Shown here: in pieces, positions 24,501 to 34,700 of the stretch | Numbering within the stretch: the first letter of the stretch is position 1 | Layout of the letters: each line of letters starts with the position of its first letter | Source of the DNA: Podarcis pityusensis | Taxonomy: Eukaryota | Strand: one strand, 5' to 3' | Length of the DNA stretch: 64,000 nucleotides | Assembly (NCBI GenBank): GCA_964106645.2 | Contig: OZ067038.1 | Notes under the pieces: generated by a model | Seen by the model: the letters and a program-made list of their open reading frames with translations, nothing else | The model's database searches: none | Told to the model about the DNA's origin: nothing | Program-made: the position numbers and the translations under genes

Positions 24501-27401
24501 TTCTATTATGGGACTCTGCTTTCTTTTGGGACTTTATTAAAGGCCCAACATCTCTTACCCAGAAAACTATTAGTGAAATAATTGTGTTTAAAATGGCTCA
24601 TAGTGTCACCATGTTGAACAGTTAGCTCCAGTCACAGAACAATAGATTCGGGGACAAATACAGGAGTGGAAGGTTGCAGGAAAGAAAGGCTGATAACACC
24701 CCATGATCCAACTGTGGCAGTTCAACACGAAGATCAGAGCCTGTAAATATGCTTTATCCGAGCAGCAGCACAAGAGACGAGCTTAACTTTCCATTACTTA
24801 CAGAAATTCAGGCAACCACAGTAATAAAAAATTGAATATAAGCGACCTTTTTCAGGATAATTGCTACAGTATTGCTTTTGTAAGCTAGACATTTCTAGTC
24901 ACTTACTATTTCACTTGCCTTAAAGCATATGAAGGTACTTTGCAAAGGAAATTATTTTTATAGCCCTTCAAGAGGCCTCATTTCATAATTACCTTCATGG
25001 TAAATGGAAAGATCTTTAAAATCATTTTTCCAGTGACAGATGCTGTAGTGGTGTGCCTACCCTATCCATTAAATATCCACAGTTCCAGAACGTCAGCATG
25101 AACTTGATAAAAATAAACACACTAATTAGACTAAAGTCTGCTATTAAGACTGTCAAGACCTGAAAAAGTCAAGTGTTCACCATCTGAAGTAGCAGATTCA
25201 CTTAAAACTACAGTAAGTATAATACAAGTAAGAAAATGCCTAAATATTATGTCAGACAGAAGTACTGCTTGTTAGTGGAGCTAGCACAAATTCTGTTTCA
25301 CCTGAGTGAACTGTCAAAGACCAGAACTAGGTGAGACAGAGCTGCCACAAAAATCAGCAAACCTGTGTGAAGTTCTCTCTACCCTCCTACATAACATGAT
25401 CAGCGATATGTATTGCAATATTATTCTATCCAAAGGTAGTCACACTCAGGGCAGACACATTAAGGTTAGTGGACATGGCTAACTTAGGCTCATAATTTTC
25501 AGTGGGTCTACTGAGTAGAACGTAGCTGGATACAATTCATTACATGTTTATTATTTTATTAATTTTATGTATTTAATTTCTATACCGTATTTCAATTTCT
25601 GTTAAATATAGAAAAGATAAGGAGGGTTTTAGGATGAACCTGCAGTTTTTAGAAGCAATTCCATGTTCTTCGTTATGTACAGTTTCACCCAAAGTTGATA
25701 TAGTGTTTACTATATATGTTGAAAGCTGCCCAGAGTGGCTGGGACAGCCCAATCAGATGGGCAGGGTACAACTAATTAAATTGGTATTGTTATTACTACT
25801 ACTAATGGTGATTTTTACTGGGCAAAACCCATAAATACCTACTGAGCCAGAAGAGACAAACTACCTAAGTCAGCCTAGCAAAATAAATCAAGCTACTTAC
25901 ATGTCTCTACATAGCAAGCAGCCTTAAGAGTATTAAACTCAAAGCATACAAGCAAGTGCTCAAACTGAATCATTCTGGATTCATTCCCCTACTAGCGTCT
26001 AGAAAGGAAATGTTGCACGGCAAGTCCTGTGAAGATGCTGCAAAAGGGTACCTAGTTCTCTAATATGGGGTTACTTTTATTGATAACTGCAATATTTACA
26101 AACACAAACCAGAACACTAAACAAACTTATTATACATAGATACATACACCTCTCAACTTAGTTTACAAAAAAAACACATACAAACTAAACATACAGACAT
26201 AAATCTTGACTTCCACCTATATGTTGCTTCCTTTTTCTTTTCTTCTTTTCGCTGTTATCAGTATTATTTTTGACTATCTCATCTTATACCAATTTCTTCT
26301 TAATTTTTTACTCAAAGTTTCACCCATTGCATATTGATATATTAATACCAGAACAATGTTTTTGGATGTATTCCTTCACACAAGTCCACTCCTCTATTAG
26401 TTTTTGGTCTGATTGGCCTCTTACTACTGCTGTAAGTCTTGCTGATTCTATATATTCACAAAATCTTATTTGCCATTCTCTTATTGAGGGAGTTTTTTCT
26501 CCCTTTCAATTTTTTGCTATAATCATTCTGGCCGCAGCAGTTGCATATAAGAAAACTTTTTTCCTAATGGCAGGAATGTCAGTCAATATAATTCCCAAGA
26601 GGTACGCTACTAACCAAGTTATTTTACTTCCCGCTATCATCACCACTTGTCTCATTACAAGCAACGCACACAAGCCACGCCACTGTTAAATTAAAACATG
26701 AATGAATGTCCCACGTGGAATTTTTGCATTTTAAGGCTGCAATCGTAAACACCGAGAGAAAAACCAAATTCAACTCAGTGTGGGGCTTACTTTCATGCAA
26801 GCGCGGTTATAAAACGACTTCCCAGACAACAGATGAAAGAGAAGTAAACCCTGTTTTGTGGCGGCACATTATTGCAGACGTGAAACTCTAGAAGACAGAA
26901 GCCCGGCAAGCCTTGTTGAGAGGCGCTTGAATGAGAGTGGTCGGGGTGCGCCTGTCAGGATACGTGTCTGTCTATATGCATCTGCATCCAGCCTCTCGAG
27001 CCACCTTTTTATCCAGCAGCATTGAGCCATGGGCAATTAGGAACCCGCATAGATTAGCATATGGAAAACGCACACAAGAGACGCCTGGCTCATGCAAGAG
27101 CACCTGAAGGGAGAAGCCTGCGGAGAAGCTCCCTCTGCCTTCCCTTAGAGGACAGCAAAGGCCGCCGCCTCGCGCAGGAGGAAAGGCCGTTAGCAGACGC
27201 CCGTTCCTTAGGAGGGCAATTTGGCGGGAAAATAGAGCCCCGCTCCGTTCTGTGCCCCCCTCCCCATATCTCTCCGACCAATGAGGAGAGAGAGAGGGAG
27301 AGAGAAGGGGGAGGGTGCCTCTCACGCTTCTCAGCCAAGGCCCTCGTCGCCCTGCGTGGAAACGGCAAGCGACTTACCGCGGCCGTTGCCAAACTGTGCA
27401 T
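18361..27401 (-). CDS. CNOT9: CCR4-NOT transcription complex subunit 9 (RQCD1/CAF40), complete spliced CDS, 8 exons, 299 aa
   Basis: Exons 27401-27378, 23610-23431, 23045-22930, 22497-22388, 20935-20826, 20036-19938, 19437-19346 and 18529-18361 sum to 900 nt with GT-AG boundaries. Translation [25 protein letters not shown]...[11 protein letters not shown] is essentially identical to vertebrate CNOT9. Confidence 0.98.
19346..19437 (-). CDS. CNOT9: CNOT9 exon 7 ([16 protein letters not shown]...SDNPR)
   Basis: 92 nt, AG/GT boundaries. Confidence 0.96.
19938..20036 (-). CDS. CNOT9: CNOT9 exon 6 ([13 protein letters not shown]...VAMIL)
   Basis: 99 nt, lies in ORF 19851..20141. Confidence 0.96.
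20826..20935 (-). CDS. CNOT9: CNOT9 exon 5 ([15 protein letters not shown]...SELSKT)
   Basis: 110 nt, AG/GT boundaries. Confidence 0.96.
22388..22497 (-). CDS. CNOT9: CNOT9 exon 4 ([15 protein letters not shown]...LGVIG)
   Basis: 110 nt, donor GTAAGT. Confidence 0.96.
22930..23045 (-). CDS. CNOT9: CNOT9 exon 3 ([14 protein letters not shown]...HPETR)
   Basis: 116 nt, AG/GT boundaries. Confidence 0.96.
23431..23610 (-). CDS. CNOT9: CNOT9 exon 2 (PVPTALAQ...IAALLQ)
   Basis: 180 nt, AG/GT boundaries, lies in ORF 23392..23607. Confidence 0.97.
26075..26620 (-). mobile_element. L1-like LINE 3' fragment in CNOT9 intron 1
   Basis: AYLLGII...[27 protein letters not shown] with a frameshift and a stop; homologous to 10798-11320. 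Confidence 0.75.
27378..27401 (-). CDS. CNOT9: CNOT9 coding exon 1 (MHSLATAA)
   Basis: ATG at 27401, donor GCG|GTAAGT. Confidence 0.95.
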
Positions 27402-27899
27402 GGTCGGAACTTCTGCGCGAAGTAGAGCTCAGGAGGCCTCTTCTACTTCAGCCGCCGCCATCATGGATCGAAGCAGAGGTCGCCGCCTCTTCCTCCTCCT
27501 CCTGGCTCTGCCGCCGCCGCTGCTGCTGCTACCGCCGCGACCTCTGACCTCTCTCTGGGCCTCAGCGGTAGGCCCAAGGAGACTGGCCGGGCGCATGCGC
27601 CACGCTATCTTTAAGCGAACTTAAAAAAAAAAAAGCACGAGTTTGCGCGTGCGCAGAAGTTACGAGCGTCGTCGTCACTTCTCGAGTAAAAGTTGCTTCT
27701 TTCGCTAAGGCTTGTCGACGGCGGAGAAAGCCAGCCAGCCGTCGCCGTGATGACGTAGGGATTCCCCCCTCGTCGCTCCTCTTCCTCCCCCCTCCTCCCG
27801 TCGCGCAGTTGTTGTTTTTTTCTTTTTGCGTGCTGCGTGCTTGCGTCAGGCGGACCGTGGCGCGGCTGATCTGGTTCCCGCCATCTGCCCTTTCCACTA

Positions 27900-28096
27900 A
27901 GCTAAGAGGAGGCCGGGCCGCGGTGGGTCGAGCCAGGCCAGGCCGGCGCCGGGGCTAAAGTGGAGAATAACCCCGAAGTAGGAAGGAAGGAAGCGGCAGC
28001 AGCGGCGGCGGCAGCACCAGGGAGACAACGTCCAGGCCGGGACTGGTCTGTGAGGAAGCGGGAGGTGGAAGGGAAAGCCGCCGCCCGCCATCGCCG
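27900..28096 (+). other. USP37: USP37 non-coding exon 1 (5' end approximate)
   Basis: Strong donor CCG|GTGAGT at 28096/28097 inside the CpG island, upstream of the first coding exon; TSS not determinable from sequence. Confidence 0.7.
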
Positions 28097-28298
28097 GTGA
28101 GTGCGCCCGGGCAGTGGCGGTGGGTCTTGGGGCTTCCTCGGAGCGGCTGACTGCGGGCGAGGGCACGAGGGAGCCCTATTGGTACTCGCGGAGCAGGGAA
28201 GGGTCGGGGGGCGGCTGTGCGTGGGCGGCGGCCGGTCGGCCGTGGAGGCGGAGGTGGGGTCTCCGTAGCTGCTGGGGGGGGGGTCGTCGCGCCTCAGC

Positions 28299-28299
<1 letters not shown>

Positions 28300-28342
<43 letters not shown>

Positions 28343-28350
28343 CTCTCTCT
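28300..28350. repeat. (CT)n microsatellite in USP37 intron 1
   Basis: direct reading. Confidence 0.95.
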
Positions 28351-30039
28351 CCCCCCCCCCGCGCCCTTGACCTTAGCCTGGCCCCTTTCGCTTCCTCAGG
28401 CCCAGCCGGCTGGCCGCTCTCCGACTACGGTGCGGCTGCTCCAAAGCTGACCCTCGGCCCTCCTCCCTCTGTTGCCTTCCCCCTGCTGGTTTAGCTGCCT
28501 CTCCCAGGCGTACCCAAGGCCCCAAGACGTAGCGGCCGGTCGGGTAGCCAGCTAGCCAGATTACTAGCTTTGCCCCAGGCAGCACGTAGAGATAGGACGA
28601 GAGCTTCTCCTCGTGGGGAATTTCTGCCTGCCGGGCTGTTCGCAAACACGACAAAGGTTAAAAACAACGCAGCGTCGGCAACTAGCGCCGTCCTCTTCTT
28701 CGGTTGCTTTCCCGCTCCTGCTCTGTTCCTCCTGGGATTGTTCACGTCTCCCTTCTGAAATGTAGACTTGGCTGGTTTTAACTTTGTCCCGCTGATCAGA
28801 AATTTACTTGCAAGGGTCCAGCAGCCACTTTCCAAGTCAGTGTACCAGGTGCTGTACAGTATTCAGGTGACTGGGTTCCTGCTTGCTGTTCACTGAAAGC
28901 ATTCACAAATGCAACAGAGTTTGGTTAGGAAATGATAGTAGGGGCACAGATCTCCATTAGGGCTCCACCATGTCTTTCACCACCGTTTCTTTGTTTGCCT
29001 TGAACTCTTTGCTGAGGTGATATATGTGTTGAAAATCCACCCAACATTCTTTACTGTTGCCCTTGCAAGTACACTGTTTGGCCCTAAACAGTTGTTGTAG
29101 ATTATGATATGTATGGAACAAGTGGTTCCTATTTTGTGGAAATAGGCTGGGCTGAAAACTTCAATGTCTCTTGTACCTGTTAAAATAATGGATTGTAATG
29201 CTGTTATATTTAGAACATTAAGGCTCCTGATTGTCTTTTTGAATGCTGTGGAGTGTAGGCACTTTTTGTGGATAGTTCTAGTGCGTTTAAGGATTTACAC
29301 TCCATTTTTTTCGGTATGTGCTCACTTATTGTGCAATTTTGTACATGCCTGCTCTGAAGTAAGTCCCACTGAATTCAGTGATGCTTACTCCTAAGTAAGG
29401 ATTGCAGAGTTAATTTTTCATTTTTATTTGTTAAATACACATATCAGGTTTTATGGTCCCAGAAGGCTCTCAAAGTAACTTGCAGAATTTACAATAAAAT
29501 AAAATGCTAAAGAAACAACTGTTTATAGTACATGCTGATATACTCAAATTCTAATAATGAACCAGACAAGCAAGAAGACAGGACTTGGCACATGCCTACT
29601 GTTCCCTTAACATATTTTCACTGAACTTCATGTAGTTGGGTTTCAACTTGGATGACTAAACATCTGGAAGATGCCCCCCCCCCCCAGAAATTGGGGGTAC
29701 ACCCCTAACTTTTAGGGAACTGTCATCATTGAATTTTAAAACATTAATAGTATTTATAGGGCAGTCACATTTGTGCAACAAGGAATCAGCTCAGTTTTTG
29801 CAGCTTGAGAGCATGCAGTGGTTTTAACCACCATGGCGTATGGCTAGTAGGGAGTGGTGAATGCATCATTGCATCAGGAGAAATTTGCATCATTGCATCA
29901 GGAGAAATTTCCCACTGCCTTGAAGGATGCAATGGCATGACCCCTGTAAAAGCCCTCCCTGGACTCCTTGTCAGTCACAAACCTTTCTGGGCAAGATGCC
30001 TGAGAGGGGGGTGGCCACTCAGCTGCAAATGCTCATGAA

Positions 30040-31025
30040 AGAGACTGGTTATCTTGATCACTTTTAGTCTGGTTTCAGACCTTGTTTGGGACTAAAATTG
30101 CTTTGGTCACCCTGATAGACTACCTCTGGAAGTGAGGCAGAGTAGTGTGACCTTGTTGAGTCTGCTGGATTTCTCAGTGGCTTTGGTTTAGTGGAGGATA
30201 TGATTTTGCACTGGCTGTACTTCAACTTATGGGACAGTACTAGAAAGGTGCAGTGTTAGCTAAATGGCACCTTAAACCTAGGTTATGGGTGCAACAACAG
30301 AATGTCAGGCAAGCTTTTTTAAAAACAAGAAAACAAAGCTGAAAATGAATGAACTGCAGCTAAAATATTATGTTCATTTTTCACATGGTCTTGTCCTTCC
30401 CCTCCCCACCCGCTAATTATTAGCGTGTCTCTTCTCCAGTCTTCAGAGAGTAGCTGGAAGTGGGAAGGCAGAAAAAGTTCCTCCTTTCCTTCCACTCTGC
30501 AGTTTTAATCTGAAATCTTAGGCGCAGTGCTGTGCCCAGAGCTCAGAAACTTCTCATGCCAATGAAATTTCCTGTTGCAAAATGTGCCTAGAACAATGGG
30601 AGTTTCGAACACTGGAGGGGTGGTATTGCAATACGTTGCTCATCCGCATGGAAGTTAATCCATGGAGTTCTTCAGGGAATTGAGTGCCACCAGTATGTGG
30701 ATGACTTTGAGCTTTACTTACATTAGTCAGTTGAGGTTGCAAGTTCTGGACCCATTGCCTGTAATGGGCTAGGTGAGGGCAAACTGAATTGAAGTTGAAT
30801 CCTGCTAAGACATGAGATGCTGTGGCTTGTTGGTTCCAGGAAGTGGGGGAATTACCTCTTGATGGGATTTATACTGCCCTTGAAGGAGCTGGTGCATTGA
30901 CTGGGTGTACCCTGGATACAAATCTCTCACTGGAGGCAGAGGTATCTTCAATGGCACAGAGTGCCTTTGCTCAGCTGCAGTTGATGCAGCAAATACAACC
31001 AAAGGACAGCTTGGCCACAGTGATT
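30040..31025 (+). mobile_element. Degenerate L2 (CR1/L2 clade) LINE RT fragments in USP37 intron 1
   Basis: Decayed SGFRP...ALV.L.D...LLD.S.A motif (30040-30190), KLNPAKT, and LDTNLSLEAEVSSMAQSAFAQLQL...DSLATVI (ORF 30822..31040). Confidence 0.7.
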
Positions 31026-31553
31026 ACGGTAGCAGTGTGACCAGCTGTACATGGAAACTTGAAGAGTTCCCAAGTTTCGCTAGAAACATGTTGGTCCGTA
31101 TGCCTGTCGCATTAACTTCAGCGGTGGCTAAAATGTGGGTGGTGCTAGTAAACTGACAAGTGTTATCAAGTTTAATTCCATACTCTGTTGTGTCTTTTTT
31201 GTGTGTGATACCTGTTCTCAATTACCTACTTTGATTTTTTTTAAAAAAAGACTTAAGTAACGTGGAGCAGATTTAATAATCTTTGGGAGACCAATAGTCA
31301 TATTTCAAAAAGAGTCCATGCACACTGAGTACATATCCTGAAAGATGGGATAACTATCTGTAAAAATAATATAGCTCTTTGATTTAAAACAGTTGCTCAG
31401 TTTTGAAGATGGTTATTGAGAAGCTGCTAACTTCGTTCTTTTCTTTCTTTTCTTTCTTTTCTTTTTTTATTCCCCCCCGTTCTTTTCTTTCTAAAACAGG
31501 ATTTGTGTTTAAAAGCAAACTTCATTATTTTCATAGACTAGTTGTATGAAAAC

Positions 31554-31709
31554 ATGGCTCCACTGAAATTACGTGGGACTATTCGCTTGCGCAGCATACA
31601 GACTGGGACTACAAAATGGAAAGAAGGGACATTCGAAATAGTTGATAAGGATAGCAAAGTGACTCTGGCGGTTCACTACAATGCTGGAGGAATGCCAAAG
31701 ATATTTCAG
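31554..31709 (+). CDS. USP37: USP37 coding exon 1 (MAPLK...KIFQ)
   Basis: 156 nt coding; acceptor at 31499 after a long pyrimidine tract (alternative AG at 31536); donor CAG|GTACCT. Confidence 0.95.
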
Positions 31710-34700
31710 GTACCTCAGAATCTCAAAGGCCTTTTGTTTTGAAGTTGTACAGGAGCTGTATGCCTCTGAACAACTGTCCTTTTAAAGTCCATTTAGCTGT
31801 CACTTGAACTTTCCTTAGAGACTTATTCTTTTTTCTGCTTTCTAGAACGCTGATCCTACTGTATTGCACTGTGAATTATTGAGGTGTACTGTTCAATGCA
31901 CAGTGGTACCTCGGGTTACATATGCTTCAGGTTACATACGCTTCAGGTTACAGACTCCACTACCCCAGAAATAGTACCTCGGGTTAAGAACTTTGCTTCA
32001 GGATGAGAACAGAAATCGTGCTCTGGCGGAGCGGCGGCAACAGGAGGCCCCATTAGCTAAAGTAGTGCTTCAGGTTAAGAACAGTTTCAGGTTAAGAACG
32101 GGCCTCCGGAACGAATTAAGTACTTAACCTGAGGTACCACTGTGCTCGTAGAGCAAGGATGATTTTAAAAACAACAACTAAACCTTGGGAGAAAATAATA
32201 CCTAGATGTTTCATTATTTAGTTATTTAGAATATTTTAATCCTATTTTTGTGGCTCCAAGAGGCCCTCAAACTGGCTTACAAAAGATTTTCAATGAGATA
32301 AAACATTTTAGGTATTAGGATACTACTGGCACTGGTAATAAAGAAAAGTTTATTTGTTGTCTGTTTCATTTTCTGCTGGTTATAGTATTGAAAATTCTTA
32401 ATGTAGATTCATTGTTAGATTATTCTTCTGTATACACTCTTCCCATAATTAGCTGTGAGTCATAGTGGCATTTTAGATTCATGGGGATTTTGTATCCAAG
32501 GCTACAGTCTTATCACACTAATCTGGGAGTAAGCCCCAATGGCCACAGTAGCTCCTGCATAAGATTTCACTTCATGTCTAGCTGGCTGCTGGTGCACAGC
32601 TCATCTCTTTTCTTCTATTTACAACGTTTATATGTAGTCTAGTCTGGAAAGATAACCAGCATTGCTGCTATTGCTTTTGGGGGGAAGAAATTCTAGAGAC
32701 TAAAACAAATTTATTATGGTTTAAAAGTCCTTCATAAATGGAAACTAACTTTTTCTTTAGTAAGTGTTTTTTGTTATATTCACTATCCTTAATATGTACA
32801 TATAAGTGTTGCAAAATTGAAAAGATAGGAGCTGAGCGAATTGTTTTTAAAAGTGTACTGAGTAGGAATTGTTTACAGTGTGGGATAGCATATGAACATA
32901 CGTAGTCTTTGTCAGTGTGAAGCATATTTAAATGCATCTTTCTTAGTATGGAAATATGTATCTTTTAAACTATGCATATGATACTTACTGTTTTACAGCT
33001 AAACCATAATATAAAAAATGTGACTGTGCGACCAAGTAGAGGGAAACTGTGTTCCTTGATTATATCATTAAAGGATACTAGTTACCTGACAGTGGATAAA
33101 ATATCACCTAAGGATGCAGAGGAAATGAAGCAGTTTCTGGAAGCTGTTCAAAATGGAGTTCATACAGGTTAGTGTTAATTATAGATTTGGAGTGTGGGGA
33201 AATGACTTCACTACTTGTTTAGGCTAAAATCAACTTTTATAAACAAAGTCTACTGTTAGTGAAAAAATAAAATGCTAGTAAAACTTATTGTAAATACATT
33301 TAAAAATCATAAAATGGTGTATTTTTGTTGTAGCTGTGAAATCATCCCAAGGGTCTGGCAGTTTTGGTGTTCTGGGCAGTAGAACCACACAGAAGGATTC
33401 TAATAGGCAATTCCCATATATTGAAAACCAGGTATTTTAATCTGTTTCTTTCTTTTCTTATGCTCCTATTTCTATATCTGCTGTATACAATAAATATTAT
33501 CTGTCCACATATTTAGTAGTGATAAATGGGAAAAAATTGAATTTGTGTATTTAATAATCTTTAATATCTCCTGATAAATTTCATTCCAGAATAAAACAGC
33601 CTGTGGGCATTCCCACCAGATATGGAAAAAGTCCCTTTATTCCCACGGGTTGATGATTTCACTGATCTCAAAGGTTAAAACTATCTTATACAGAATACAG
33701 TAACTTTGCTTCCCGTCCTTCTGCCCCAAATTGTTGCACCTAAGAGAGATTAGGCAGAACCTTCTTGGTGTCTGTAGGGAAGAACAAAAGACTTTATTAT
33801 TTCATTCATCTATTCAGGGAAGACATTTCTAAGTTCACCTTCAGTAGGTGGGTCTGTCAGCCTTGGCTACCAGTTTTGACTTCTTCCAATCCCAGAAGGT
33901 CTCTTGTCCTGCTCAGTGTGGGGAGTAGCCATATTGGTGGCCTTTGACACATATGCTTTCCTTTTCAGATCAATTTAGAATGTCACACGGGACACATTTG
34001 GGGCAATTGTTTCTAAATTTTGTCTTCGAACTGGGAGGAGACAGCCCCCCTGCCCACCAAGAGTGGAGATAGGAAGTTTAGTGTAGCCCTTCATCTGGAG
34101 ACTGATGGGTGGAGTCACTCGCAGGAAGCTCTCCCATCTCCAAGGAGAAGGAACACTCACGATAAGTTCAAGGTTCCGTTTCAGGCCACTGTTCTTAAAG
34201 AATATATATTGCTTCTGACTCTGTAGCACTTGTAGTCTAGTCCGCCAAATAAAGGAATAGTAGTTAGAGGCCGATTGAGACTAAATCTGAATACCACACC
34301 TGTATCTTAACTTTATTTGGACGGTAAGGAGGTGCCTCCTAAGATCTTGTTCTTCAAACTGTTCTACTATTCTTTTTGCTTTTCATTTACAATATTCAAC
34401 CCAGCCAAAGAGGATTTCTGATGTGAGGTGGTTACATACAGCCAGGCATCTAGTTAGCCTACACAGGTAATCTAGCAGGTTCACAGTCCATTTGGGATCC
34501 TATGCGTGAATCAGTGACTGCAGCGAAGTCTGTCATCATGGCTACTTGAAATATGGCTACTGCAGTAAAATTATGGCAGCTGCTTATAAATTCTGTATGA
34601 AAGTGCCAGTTACTACAGATGTAATCCATATACAGTGTTTGCTGGGTTGCCAGGTGGCCTGCTGATAGCATATGTGCCACTGACTCTCTGAAATGGGTCC

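Larger units (their letters stand above)
27050..28750. promoter_or_regulatory. CpG island / bidirectional promoter shared by CNOT9 and USP37
   Basis: Sharp rise in GC and CpG between divergent first exons. NRF1 palindrome GCGCATGCGC at 27591-27600 and GCGCGTGCGCA at about 27645; CRE-like TGACGTA at about 27751; E2F-like TTTGGCGGGAAAA at 27220-27232 and TTCCCGCC at 27875-27882; YY1-like CCGCCATC. Confidence 0.9.

Noticed and set aside
26270-26689. 139-aa hydrophobic ORF
   Set aside because: Antisense frame of a decayed L1 ORF2 fragment.
26972-28835. Many long overlapping ORFs (up to 187 aa) on both strands
   Set aside because: Expected from stop-codon depletion in a GC-rich CpG island with (CT)n and GCC repeats; only the 8 codons of CNOT9 exon 1 are recognisable.
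33645-33670. TGATGA...CTGA snoRNA-like C and D boxes
   Set aside because: The boxes are only a few nucleotides apart with no terminal stem, too short for a C/D snoRNA.
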